DNA of 248,000 nucleotides from Octopus vulgaris (Eukaryota). The position numbers and the translations under genes were made by a program. The stretch's first letter is position 1. The number at the start of each line of letters is the position of its first letter. Under the pieces are notes generated by a model that was given only the letters and a program-made list of their open reading frames with translations, was not told the DNA's origin and ran no database searches. Shown piece by piece: positions 160,210-174,245 of this stretch. The DNA lies in assembly GCA_951406725.2 (NCBI GenBank), contig OX597815.1, positions 35,484,001 through 35,732,000 of the forward strand, written 5' to 3'.

Positions 160210-160824
160210 TGTGTGTATTCTTTTACTTTTATTTTTTTACTTGTTTCAGTCATTTGACTGCGGCCATGCTGTAGCACAACCAACTGGGCCTCTGCAACTA
160301 CTAATAGTAAGGAGGAGGCAGAGAGGCAGAGAGGAAAATATTCTCAAGCTGAGAAGGTGACCTGAATAATTGCAATCGTGGATTGTGTAAAGACATACAA
160401 GATTCCAGGAGTGGTTTTTAACTGGGAGACAAATTACGTATAACCACCCATGTGTCAATATCATCACCTGCAGGTTTTACAAGGTTCAGATGATTAGGAC
160501 GAAGTTGAAGAATGAATCGGACCTTTGCGATGTTTCTGCTCGTTGGTGCCAATCCTGGGTAATGTGGTACTTTTAAGGTTCTGAGATACTCTTTACTCAT
160601 TTACTCTTTTACCTGTTTCAGTCATTTGACTGTGGCCATGCTGGAGCACCGCCTTTAGTCGAGCAAATCGACCCCAGGACTTATTCTTTGTAAACCTAGT
160701 ACTTATTCTATCGGTATCTTTTTGCCGAACCGCTAAGTTACAGGTACGTAAACACACCAGCGTCGGTTGTCAAGCGATGTTGGGGAGGGGGACAAACACA
160801 GACACACAAACATATACACACACA

Positions 160825-160866
<42 letters not shown>

Positions 160867-161679
160867 TACGAAGGGCTTCTTTCAGTTTCCATCTACCAAA
160901 TCCACTCACAAGGCTTTGGTCGGCCCGAGGCTATAGTAGAAGACACTTGCCCAAGGTGCCACGCAGTGGGACTGAACCCAGAACCATCTGGTTTGGTAAG
161001 CAAGCTACTTACCACACAGCCACTCTTGGAACATCTGAAGTTTCCACTAAGATATTGTTAACCAAGGGATTCTCGTTTGACAGAAAGGGTGGTGAGATTG
161101 ACGACATCGATATCCAGCGTGAATACTTATTGGTTAATACCTATTTCTTTATTACCCACAAGGGGCTAAACACAGAGGGGACAAACAAGGACAGACATAG
161201 GTATTGAGTCGATAAAATCGACCCCAGTGCGTAACTGGTACTTAATTTATTGAACCCGAAAGGATGAAAGGCAAAGTCGACCTCGGCAGAATTTGAACTC
161301 ACAACGTAACGACAGACGAAATACGGCTACGCTAAGCATTTCGCCCGACGTGCTAACGTTTCTCGGCAAAAAATAAATACATGGTGAAGGATTCGTGGTC
161401 TTGTTCGAATACATGCCATAGAATGAACTCCATTGTATACATCTAAAAACCGATTAGCGGTGGTAAACCAGGTGGCATATTGGGATATTCATTGACATAA
161501 CACTGGGTTGCCTCTCGCACATACACTTCACCATCTGATGATAGATGTTTTATCATATATATATTTTGGGAACAATGGCATCATCGATTATATATTTTCT
161601 CTGGTTCACTTACATTTCGGAGAATAAGAGTGAGATGGGAATGTATGTTTCGACTCTAGGTCAACACAAATCGAGAAGA

Positions 161680-162295
161680 CTCTATGGCAACACTAATCGA
161701 GAAGACTCTATGGCAATACTAATCGAGAAGACTCTAGGGCAACACTAATCGAGAAGACTCTATGGCAACACTAATCGAGAAGACTCTAGGGCAACACTAA
161801 TAGAGGACACTCTAGGGCAACACTAATCGAAAATACTCTAGGGCAACACTAATAGAGAAAACTCTTGGGCAACACTAATCGAGAAGACTCTAGGGCAACA
161901 CTAACAGAGAAGACTCGAGGGCAACACTAATCGAGAAGACTCTAGGCCAACACTAATCGAGAAGACTCCAGGGCAACACTAATCGAGAAGACTCTATGGC
162001 AACACTAATCGAGAAGACTCTAGGGCAACACTAATAGAGGAGACTCTAGGGCAACACTAATCGAAAAGACTCTAGGGCAACACTAATCGAAAATACTCTA
162101 GGGCAACACTAATAGAGAAGACTCTAGGGCAACACTAATCGAAAAGACTCTAGGGCAACACTAATCGAGAAGACTCTAGGGCCACACTAATCGAGAAGAC
162201 TCCAGGGCATCACTAATCGAGAAGACTCTAGGGCAACACTAATCGAAAAGACTCTTGGGCAACACTAATCGAGAAGACTCCAGGGTAACACTAAT
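161680..162295. repeat. 26-bp minisatellite (CAACACTAATCGAGAAGACTCTAGGG)n
   Basis: About 23 head-to-tail copies, no unique spacers. Confidence 0.9.
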
Positions 162296-164010
162296 CAAAG
162301 GTTTTCTAATCATGACTACTCCGGTTTTTAATTATTTATTTATTTATTTATTTATTGTTGTCTTTACAGTCGTATCTAAGACTACATGAATAATGTCCGA
162401 ATCTTATTTAAAGTTGGGATTTGAAGGAGATTTGGCTACTATTTCTAATAGATCGAACAACCACCTTAGAGGCTTCCTCGTTGGCTCTGGTGAATAATAC
162501 TTGCGTGGTGCTCTCCCAGCATGTGATAGGAAGGCTGGTATTGAGAGTAGGGTTAGCGGGGGCTGCGAGTGCATTGCTTGCACCTGGAGCATTGACGCGG
162601 AATTGGTAATGCAGATTGACTACTCAGAGCATCCTGATTAAGTTTAAAAATACACTCATACGGAGAAAAGATGACGAGGAGGAAGAAGCGAAAGAAGGGA
162701 ATAAGGAGGAGAACAACAAAGAGGAATAGGAGGGTAGTGCTGATATATTTCGCTCACCAATTTTGGTATACATTTCACCATCGAATAATGGATGTTTTAT
162801 CATATATATATTTTTGGAACTATGGCATCATTGATTAGATATTTCCTCTGGTTCACTGACATTTCGGAGAATAAGAGTGATATGGGAGTGTGTGTGGATT
162901 GACCCAACAATTTACTGAAATTTCAATGATGATGATAAAGATGATGAAGATAATAATGGTGACGGCGACGTCGCCGGCGACGATGACGATTATAATGATG
163001 ATGATAGCGTGGAGGGCGGAGAGCTGGCAGAAACGTTAGCACGCCGGGCGAAATGCGTAGTCGTATTTCGTCTGTCGTTACGTTGTGAGTTCAAATTCCG
163101 CCGAGGTCGACTTTGCCTTTCATCCTTTCGGGGTCGATAAATTAAGTACCAGTTACGCACTGGGGTCGATGTAATTGACTTAATACCTATGTCTGTCTTT
163201 GTTTGTCCCCTCTATGTTTAGCCCCTTGTGGGTAATAAAGAAACATATAATGATGATGATAGCGTGGAGGGCGGCGAGCTGGCAGAAACATTAGCAGGCC
163301 AGGCGAAATGCGTAGCCGTATTTCGTCTGTCGTTACGTTGTGAGTTCAAATTCCGCCGAGGTCGACTTTGCCTTTCATTCTTTCGGCGTCGATAAATTAA
163401 GCACCAGTTACGCACTGGGGTCGATGTAATTGACTTAATACCTATGTCTGTCTTTGTTTGTCCCCTCTATGTTTAGCCCCTTGTGGGTAATAAGGAAAGA
163501 AAAAATGGTGGTGACAATGATGATTATCTTGACAACGACCGCAACTACGGCGACAACAACGACGTCACCAAAGACTGCGAGGACGACGATGATATATTTC
163601 TTGTACGTTTAACGATGGTAATAACCATGACCCGACGACGACGACGACGACGATGGTGAGGATTATTAGCGTTTAACATGACAGGAATAGTAGCAGTAGT
163701 TAGTTTCAGCAAGTGAAAAAGAAAACAAGTGTATGACCTACTCACAACATCCTAATACGTCACACATTAGTTAGTGTATGCGCGCGCTTGTATGTACGGG
163801 ATCTTTTACTCGTTTTAGTCAACGGACTAACGTCCATGCTGGGGCATTGCCATAAAGGATTTTAGTCGAAGAAATCGCCCCCAATTTTTTCTTTTGGAAG
163901 GGCGGGGTTGTCTTTTTAAAGTTTGCTATTATATATCGGCCTCTTTAGGCTAAGTTACAAGGACACCCGATGGCAAACCGTGGTGGATAACAAACACAAA
164001 GACACAGGCA

Positions 164011-164088
<78 letters not shown>

Positions 164089-164301
164089 AGAGGTGGGGGC
164101 GAAAAGTTCCTGGCTTTGGGTAAAAGAAAATGCAGGATAATCAGTTAATTATGATTTTATTCAACACGTTCCCCACTCAGATACACACACTTATTGCAGC
164201 GGTCCTTCTGATCCTTTTAAGCCCTGAAAAAGAACTCAGAAGGCTGGACCTCCAGCCAGGCCTTTCGCGACACCCTTAAAGTCGGGAACTTTTCAGCCCC
164301 T

Positions 164302-164364
<63 letters not shown>

Positions 164365-164589
164365 CATGTGTGTGTATTCTTTTACTTTTATTCTGTTACT
164401 TGTTTCAGTCATTTGACTGCGGCCATGCTGTAGCATCATCTTTAGTGGAACGAATCGACCCCAGGACTTATTCTTTGAAAGCCTAGTACTTATTCTATCG
164501 ATCTCTTTTGCCGAACCGTTAAGTTGCATGAACGTAAACACACCAATATCGGTTGTCAAGCGATGGTTGGGACAAACACAGACACACAA

Positions 164590-164679
<90 letters not shown>

Positions 164680-165198
164680 GTGGGGTCATAGGGTTGTGAG
164701 GGTTGTAATATAATATTTATGGCCATACCTAGTCATGAGCTGTCAACTCACTCTATTCTTTTATTTAAGATAGACACAGTCGTCTAGGCTCAGATTTATT
164801 AGCTGATAAAGAGATATATGAATTAGAAATGAATTACAACCCTTACAATCCAATGGCTCCACTATACTCCATGTGATTCCTATAAGTTGTAGTCTATTCC
164901 TAGCTACAACAACAACAACATGAATTTCCTCCATCTTTTTACTCTGTTAAATTATTTAAGAAAAATTATATTAATGTGTCCTACTTGATAAAATTCCACT
165001 TATTTGGGCAACTGAAGATAGCACTGCATTTAAACTGATGTAATGAATGCATTGTTCAATTAAATGGAGACGCTAGAAACGGTCGTACTGCATTTGATAT
165101 TCTGTTGCTTATTTTGATTTTACTCACCTTACTTCGAGGTATGCGGATAATACCGGACTGACTTAGTGCTTTAACTTAAGTATCTAATTCAACTAAAT

Positions 165199-165263
<65 letters not shown>

Positions 165264-165707
165264 CAAAAGATGGGGTGTATTTCCACGCAGGAAAAAATAA
165301 AGGCAAATTTGTTGTTGAAAATGCACCTAAATTTGAAAAACTTGTAATTGCTTGAAATAAATTTATTTACATATATACCAAATAAGTTTCAACAATACGT
165401 TTTGTTTATCAATGGTAAAAGTTTTAAATTATGAATCAGAAAAACAGCATTAAAAGTTTCAATGTTGACAAATTAAAATGTTCGTAACAGACAAATTTAG
165501 AACATTGAATTAGGAAAACATGTTCAGAAATTTCGATGTCGACAAGTCTAAATGTTCATAACAGTCAATAATATTAGACCTGTGCATCAATTTATTTGAA
165601 TGTACAAAGCTCATTAGTGTTAGTAGTAATCGACAAGAAATGAATATCATAAAACTTTTAATCATACTGAGTTAAGAGGGAAAAAGACAAGGGAAAAAAT
165701 GGAGATA

Positions 165708-166115
165708 GGCGCAGGAGTGGCTGTGTGGTAAGTAGCTTGCTAACCAACCACATGGTTCCGGGTTCAGTCCCACTGCGTGGCACCTTGGGCAAGTGTCTTC
165801 TGCTATAGCCCCGGGCCGACCAATGCCTTGTGAGTGGATTTGGTAGACGGAAACTGAAAGAAGCCTGTCGTATATATGTATATATATATATATGCATGTG
165901 TGTGTGTGTTTGTGTGTCTATGTTTGTCCCCCTAGCATTGCTTGACAGCCGATGCTGGTGTGTTTACGTCCCCGTCACTTAGCGGTTCGGCAAAAGAGAC
166001 CGATAGAATAAGTACTGGGCTTACAAAGAATAAGTCCCGGGGTCGATTTGCTCGTCTAAAGGCGGTGCTCCAGCATGGCCGCAGTCAAATGACTGAAACA
166101 AGTAAAAGAGTAAAA
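165708..166115 (+). mobile_element. tRNA-derived SINE family C with an internal microsatellite, representative copy
   Basis: GGCGCAGGAGTGGCTGTGTGGT..GGTTCAGTCCC..CTTGGGCAAGTG..GAAAGAAGCC(T/C)GTCG-(TA)n(TG)n-..CAGCATGGCCGCAG..AAACAAGTAAAAGAG; roughly 20 copies in the window. Confidence 0.85.
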
Positions 166116-167127
166116 GAGATAGTAAAAAAGGGGATTTGGTTTACTTTCTCTGATCCTCTTTTCGTCGTGCGTAGGAACTTTCGCTTGTAGCGATGTGCTT
166201 TGGAATCCGGTGTATTTATAATTTATTCCGCGAGCGGATCTGATTTTTTATTCATTAAAGTACAGGTGCGTCTTGTTTTTCTGGTTGTCAAGTTTGTCGT
166301 TCTGCCTGGTTGGCTTCCTTGTGGGGTACGGGCATCAGTCTTTCCGGTTGATTGATTCTCTTAAAGTGTCATTTTGTTGTATTTGCTGATGTTCGGTTTC
166401 GATTTGTCTAGAGTTAGGCGACGTCAGCAACTAGCGTTTGTAAAATTTCATTGGTCTAGACATAGGTGACGTCGGCAATTGGTGTTTGTATGGTGATTTG
166501 GAGTTGCAGTTTCGAAACCCGGGTGGAAGACTTTTACTAAAGTATTTAAAATTGTTTGTTGTTCCTAGTTATTATTTTTGTTTTTGTGGAGAAATTGAAC
166601 CTTTTTCCCTTTTTCTCTTTAGTGTTTTTTCTTCTTTCTAAAGCTGTGCTTTATATTTTTTAATGAACACACTTTCCTTATTTAAACGGAATTGGGTTGA
166701 TAGAGAGGGAAGATATGGTATTTCAGGTTTATATTTACAGGGCATTGGTCTAGATGTTTGCTTACGGGAATTAGTCTGTCCCTCAAGGTTAAACTAATTT
166801 GACCTATGTAGTCTCCACCACACTCTCCACATTTGGGAACATAGACTAAGTTCTTCAAAGCACAGGGGAAGTGATTTTTTAATGGTAAAACTTTGACCTG
166901 ACCTAAATTTGTATGTTGAGCCCTCTAAGAGGAAGATGCAAGTTCTGCAGTTAGGGCGGTTGCGTATTTGGCTAATGAGGTTGTATTTTTGGTGGGTAAT
167001 TTGGCGCTGGTGAATAACTTTTTTTAGGGATTGCGGTTGTCTTTTGCTTTTAATAATCCAGTATTTCCAGTGCCTTTTCTATTCGTGGGTCCTTCATATG
167101 GAGGGGTATATTTTGGTGGGTGATGTT

Positions 167128-168010
167128 TTATGCTTCCATGTTCCTCAGAGTGTGTGTTGATATGAAAGATAAAGTTTTCAGTGTGTCATGGTGCCTTCTT
167201 GTTTTCCGTAATTCTTGGTTGTCTATCATTTTTGCGCATTCTATTCCGTTTTTTATTAGATTGGCCGGGTATTTTCTATCTAGTAATGTGTTTTTAAGTT
167301 CTTGGAGTCGCTTTTCTCGGGTTTCAGGATATGATGCAATCGTGCAAATTCTTCCAGCTAAGTTAAACGATATATTTATTTTAGTATGTTTTGGGTGGCA
167401 GGAGGAGAATAGAAGATATTGTTTTGAGACCGATGGTTTGAAGAAGATGTCGGTTTCAATCTTAGTATCTCTCTTTATTATTAAGATGGCCGGGAAGGGT
167501 AGTTGTTGGTGGTTGTATTCCATAGTGAATTGGATACTGTGATCAATGCTGTTGATTAAGTTTTTAAATTCTGTGAGTTGTTCAATGTTATGCGGCCAAA
167601 GGATGAAACAGTCATCCAGATAGCGTTTCCAGTTGGTAAGTAGGTATTTTTGGAAATTTTCCCCAAATTTTAATCTTGCGTGTTCGTATATTTGGACTTC
167701 CAAGTATGCCATGACAAGGTTGGCAAAAGTAGGTGCTACTCTCGTTCCCATCACCGTGCCCGATTTTTGTCTATAAGGGTTTTCGTTGAAATTGAAGAAG
167801 TTGTTCTGTAGAATGAACCTTATTCCTTCAACGATGAATTCTTTTCCAATTTGGTCAGGAAAGTCATTTGAGAATTTTTCAAGTCAGTATTGCTTGGCTA
167901 TTATTCCGAATTCGTGAGGAATCGAGGTGTAGAGGTTTATTACATCGAATGAAACCAGAAGGGAGTCCTTGCTGGTTTTGCTCGGGAGATACTTTAAAAA
168001 GTCCAGATCA
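167128..168010 (-). mobile_element. Penelope-like reverse transcriptase remnant
   Basis: GTRVAPTFANLVM, WKRYLDDCF, HSIQFTMEY, TDIFFKP, SCHPKHTKINI. Confidence 0.88.
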
Positions 168011-168089
168011 TCTCTTATAAAGCTTCGTATATGTTGGAGAATAGGTTTAAGGTGAAGATGCATATATATATATATATATTATTATTATA

Positions 168090-168155
<66 letters not shown>

Positions 168156-168873
168156 TAATTGAACACCACGCATCCATTTCCAAGCAAGTTTATCTTCACC
168201 GTTTGATGCCATTCTACTCTATACTGTTTTCTCCCTCCATCTTTTCTAATTCCCTCTTTCTTCCCTCCCTCTTTCACCGTTTTCTATCTCTCTCTCTCTC
168301 TCTCTCTCTCCCTCTTTCTCTTTTTTCTGTCTCTCTCTCCTCTCTTTCTCTTTCTCTCTTTCTCTCTCTCTCTCTCTCTCGTTGGTCACACGTGACCATC
168401 GTCCATCTTTCTTTTCTTCACGTGGCCATCTTTCTTTTCAAGGAAAATATTTGTCCCGGCGTTCACTATTTTCCTCTCGTCCTAGTCCAACGATCCTCCA
168501 TGTTTGTTTTTGTTCGGTTTCCTTGTATGTCTCCACTGTCATGTTTTTGTTCTCAACTTTGACTCTCCGTAAATCCTAAATTTTATTTTAGAATTTATGG
168601 GAGCAACTGTCTTTGAAGTTGTCATATTATCGTTGAATGCTCGAAATGAGGATTAGATAGACAGCCGACAACTGATGAAGAGTTGTTTCTCTGTGCTTAC
168701 TTTCCTGTTTTCCATTTTTCCTCACGTTGTTTGCGTATTTAACTCGTTTGTTTATGTATTTCATGTTGCTTACACAGTTGGTGAAGTCCTGTACCCATAT
168801 ATGCATGTGTGTGTGTGTGTGTATAATTTATATTATTACTTAATTGAACGCCACGCATCCATTTCTAAGTAAG

Positions 168874-168982
<109 letters not shown>

Positions 168983-169014
168983 GTGTATGTATGTATGATT
169001 GTATGCATAAGTAT

Positions 169015-170272
169015 AACAGATCCTCTCATAAGTTCAGTTCGATTTTATCTTTTTTTTAATTGAATAAAATTTAATAGAATTTTAGAATATCTAATGGAAT
169101 TTAAAATTATTTTTATGCATTTGTGTACATTTAAACTAATTAAAAATTATTTTACAGAATAACAGAATTAAAATTTCTTTGATTAAAACCCTTTCTAACA
169201 TGGAAGTATCCAAAGAGCATTTGAGGCACATAATGCTTTATGAGTACAATAAAAGGAAACTCTGCAGCCGAGCAACTCGAAATATACACTCAGATTATGG
169301 GAAAGAATGCTTGAATCAAAGATGGTTTGCAAAATTCAGAAGTGGAGATTTCAACCTCAAAGATGAAGATCCAACAGGACTTCCCGTTGAGTTTGATGAT
169401 AAGCTCCTTAAGGTATTACTTGAAGAAAATCCTGCATTATCAGTTGAAGAATTTGGCAATAAAGCTTAGTTCAAACCACACAACTGTTCATCGTCATCTT
169501 CAACAACTTGGAAAGGTTCCTAAACTTGGAAAATGGGTGCCTCATGAATTGTCCGAAAACAACCGCAAATCCCGACTTGACATCTGCTCTTCTTTCCATT
169601 CCCGCGAACTCATTTCACCCTTTTTGGATAGACTTGTGACTGGTGACGAAAAGTGGATCTTCCATCGAAATGTTAAACGTTGTAAACAGTGGCTTGGTAA
169701 AAAGGAAAAAGTTCAACCACAACCGAGAAGGGAACTTTATGGGGAAAAGGTTCTTCTCTCTATCCGGTGGGATTGTAAAGGAGTAACTCACTTTGAATTG
169801 TTACCACCTAATGCAACAATCAAAGCCCAAGTCTACTGTCAGCAATTAGAGTATTTCAACCAAACTTTGAAGGAAAAGAGACCTGCTTTAGTGAATCGGA
169901 ATGGAGTGATGTTTCATGAGAACAATGCGCAACCCACACACAGAAGGTCGAAGAACTTGGGAAAAAATTCCTCATCCACCTTATTCTCCCGACCTTGCTC
170001 CTTCAGACTACCATTTGTTTCGTAGTTTACAGAATCATTTAGGGGACATAACTTTCGCAAGCCAGGAGGAGGTCGAAACTGACATTTCAGAGTTGTTCGC
170101 TTAGAAACCAAAAGAGTTTTACATTGATTGGCTTAAAAAGCTTGTAAGTAGATGGAAGGAAGTCATAGATAATCAGGGAAAGTACATTGATGATTAAATT
170201 TCGATTAAGTATAACATTTGACCACTTGTTTTCTTTATTCAAAATTCGGACAGAACTTATGGGATGACCTGA
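169015..170272 (+). mobile_element. Near full-length mariner (DD34D), inactivated
   Basis: HLRHIMLYEY HTH, WVPHEL, LVTGDEKW, FHENNAQP, HPPYSPDLAPSDYHLF; right TIR CGGACAGAACTTATGGGATGACCTGATA; 5' fragment at 139152-139460. Confidence 0.9.
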
Positions 170273-170806
170273 TATATATATAGCGGACTTATTCATTTGC
170301 CACCCACCAGATCCGCTCACAAGGTTTTTGGTCAGCCCAGGGTTATAGTAGAACACATTTGGCCAGAGTGCCACACTGAGACTGAATTCAGAACTATATA
170401 GTTGGGTATAGGCGGCGAGCTGGCAGAAACGTTAGCAGGCCGGGCGAAATGCGTAGCCGTATTTCGTCTGCCGTTACATTCTCAGTTCAAATTCCGCCGA
170501 GGTCGACTTTGCCTTTCATCCTTTCGAGGTCGATAAATTAAGTACCAGTGACGCATTGATGTAGATATAATCGACTTAATACTTTGTCCTTGTTTGTCCC
170601 CTCTATGTTTTGCTTCTTGTGGGTAATAAAGAAATATATATAGCTGGGAAGCAAATTTCCTTCCATATAGACACTCCAGCGTCTTTAATATATTTTTAAT
170701 GTGTTTATCTTTTATTTTTCACTTGTTTGACATTAGACCGCAGCCATGTTGTGCAACACTAGCATCACTTGTCAAACGGTGAAGGGGGACAAATAGACAG
170801 AAACAG

Positions 170807-170851
<45 letters not shown>

Positions 170852-171266
170852 AATACATACGACTGGCTTCTTCCAGCTTCCCTCTACTGAATCCCCTTAC
170901 AACCATGTGGTCGGGAAGCAAGCTACTTACCACACAGCCACGCCTTCTTTATTTATTAGTAACCAAGAAGGAATTTTTTTTATTTAAAAACTTAACTTAT
171001 TTATTATTTCTTATCATTAGTCATAGTCTTATTATTTTATTTGTTTCAGTCATATGACTGCAGCCACGCTGGAGCACCGCCTTTTAGTCGAGCAAATCGA
171101 GCCCAACACTTATTCGACTCCAGTACTTATTCTATCGGGCTCTTTTGCCGAACCGCTAAGTTACGGGTGACGTAAACTCACCAGCATTGGTTGTCAAGTG
171201 ATGTTGTGGGGGACCAACGCAGATACCACAAACATATACACACACGCACGCACACACACGCACACA

Positions 171267-171330
<64 letters not shown>

Positions 171331-172007
171331 GGGGCTTCTTTCAATTTCCGTCAACCAAATCCACTCACAAGGCTTTGGTCGGCTGCCCAAAGTGCCACGC
171401 AGTAGGACTAAACCCGGAACTATGTGGTTGGTAAGCCACTCCTGCGCTTATGTTAACTAATTTCAATCAGTTTCGGATGTGGATTCCACGTGATAGAAGT
171501 TTACAAACTTCACAAGTTCAAACCTAGAAGAGGTCAACTTTGACGTTTATTCTTCCAGGCTGGATATTATTAGTACCAGTTGCTGTTGCTACTGTTTAGC
171601 CCATGGTCAATCTTGAGCAAGTACACCTGTGTATCCCAGTCTTCCTGTATCTAAAATTACACAATGGAAATGTGTCTCTATTTTAAAGTATGGTTTGGGA
171701 GAGATTTGACTGCTATTTCTAATCGATGGAAAGGCTATGTAGTGGTTTCCTTTTTGGTTCGACACGTACCAGTAAAATATTCGGATAAGTTTGATTATGG
171801 TCTCTAGAAGAATCGTTAGAGCGACGGTCAAAATGCTTAGCAGTATTTCTTCCGACTTTATGTCCTGGGTTCAAATGCCTCCGAAACCGACTTTAGTTTT
171901 CATCCTTTCGGGGTCGATAAAGTAAGTACCAGTTGAACATTGGGGTCGAGCTAATTGATTTATTCCCCCTCACCTAAAATTGCTAGTCTTGTACCAAAAT
172001 TTAAAAC

Positions 172008-172083
<76 letters not shown>

Positions 172084-172527
172084 ATTATTATGTAAAAGGT
172101 GGCGAGCTGATAGAATCGTTAGCACGCAGGGCGAAATGCTTTGCGGCACTTGGTCTGTCTGCACGTTCTGAGTTCAAATTACGCCGAAATCGACTTTACC
172201 TTTCATCCTTTCGGGGTCGATAAAATAAGTACCAGTTACGCACTGATTCGATGTAATCGTCTTAATCCCTTCCCCCAAATTTGAGGCCTTGTGCTTCCAG
172301 AAGAAATAATTATTATTATTATTAAGATAGTCAGGTGGCAGAACTGGTAGCACGCCGGGTAAAATGCTTAGCGGCATTTCGTCCGTTTTTGCGTTCTCAG
172401 TTGAAATTCCACCAAAGTCGACTTTACCTTTCATGCTTTCGGAGTCGATAAAATAAGTACCAGTTGAGCACTAGTTTCGATGTAATCGACTTAGCTCCAC
172501 CCCCACCTTGTGTCTTTAATAGAAAAG

Positions 172528-172584
<57 letters not shown>

Positions 172585-174200
172585 GAGTGCCACGTAGTAT
172601 TACTGGCTCATTCGTCTCAAAAATTAGTCGTAGACCGTTTAGAGAATAACTAACGTTTTGGGTGGATCACGTTATAAATAGATTCTCCTACTCTTATACA
172701 GAAGTAGTGGAGTTATAAAAATATATATTTATAGCAACATAAACTGAGACAGCGAGACAAGTTAATTGATCAAGCCATACAAGTGGATCGGTGTTGGTAA
172801 CAACAGGATGTCATTCGTCGTTCCGTCATCTCGTAATCCAAACAACCAACCGCATCTGTCAACAGTAGCTATGTTTTTGAATCCTTGTCACAAAAATCTA
172901 AACACGTACATTTAAAAATGATCAAATTTCAGGTTCTGTGACCGAAACAGTTATTCTCTAACAAAATACCTTGCTGTATTTGATTGAAATTTCTTCACGT
173001 TTTGATTTCAAATCTCACCGAGGTCTTTCATCCCTCTGAGGTCGATAGAATAAGTTTCCAGTCAAGTACTGGAATCAATGTAATCGACTCCCCCACCCAC
173101 ACACACAGCCTCAAAAACTGCTGAAATTATTGGAGAGGTGGATGAAATGTCCGAATCGTTGGAACGTCGAAGAAAATGCTTTTCCGTATTTGTTCCAGCT
173201 TCGTATGCTCAGAGTTCATATGTCACCTTTTGGAATCGATAAAGTAAGGTACCAGTCAAGTATTTATAATTTTTCGTTATAATCGAATATTGCAGCCTCC
173301 CTCAAAATTGCGCTTGAATTGGTTTCAAATGTGTGGCACAAGGCCAGCAATTTCGATGGCGGAGTTAAGACGATTACTTCGACTCCAATGTTCAACTGGT
173401 ACTTATGTTATCGACCTTGAAAGAATGAACGGCAAAGTCGACCTCGGCGGAATTTGAACTCGGAACGTAAAGATGGACGAAATACCTATTTCTTTATTAC
173501 CCACAAGGGGCTAAACACAGAGGGGACAAACAAGGACAGACACACGGATTAAGCCGATTACATCGACTCCAGTGCGTAACTGGTACTTATTTAATCGACC
173601 CCCGAAAGGACGAAAGGCAAAGTCGACCTCGGCGGAATTTGAACTCACAACATAACGGCAAACGAAATACCTATTTCTTTACTACCCACAAGGGGCTAAA
173701 CACAGACGGGACAAACAAGGACAGACAAACGGATTAAGTCGATTACATCGACCCCAGTGCGTAACTAGTACTTATTTAATCGACCCCGAAATGATGAAAG
173801 GCAAAGTCGACCTCGGCGGAATTTGAACTCAGAACGTAACAGCAGACGAAATACCGCAAAGCATTTCGCCCGGCGTGCTAACGTTCTCACAACGTAACGG
173901 CAGACGAAATACCGCTAAGCATTTCGCCCGGTGTGAAAACTTGCTGCCTTAAAAGATTGTGTCTAAATTAAAGATAATTAAGGGCAGCGAATTAGCAGAA
174001 TCGTTGGCGCATTGGGCAAAATGTCTTGCAGTATTTTGTTGCATCATTCTGTTTTGAGACCAAATCCATTTTGTGCGTGATGTAACATTACGACGACTGA
174101 TGACAACATTTCGACAACGAAACATTCAACGATGGAAGTTTTAACGAGTTTTAAAGAATAAAGTCATGTGAAATGTTCGGACAGGCATGTAATGCGAAAA

Positions 174201-174245
<45 letters not shown>

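Noticed and set aside
161680-162295. CRISPR-like appearance of the 26-bp array
   Set aside because: Contiguous repeats with no unique spacers, no cas genes, eukaryotic context.
168600-168690. GAAA...CCGACAACTGATGA motif (also at 179.6 and 223.9 kb) as a type II/III hammerhead
   Set aside because: No consistent stem I or III pairing among the copies.
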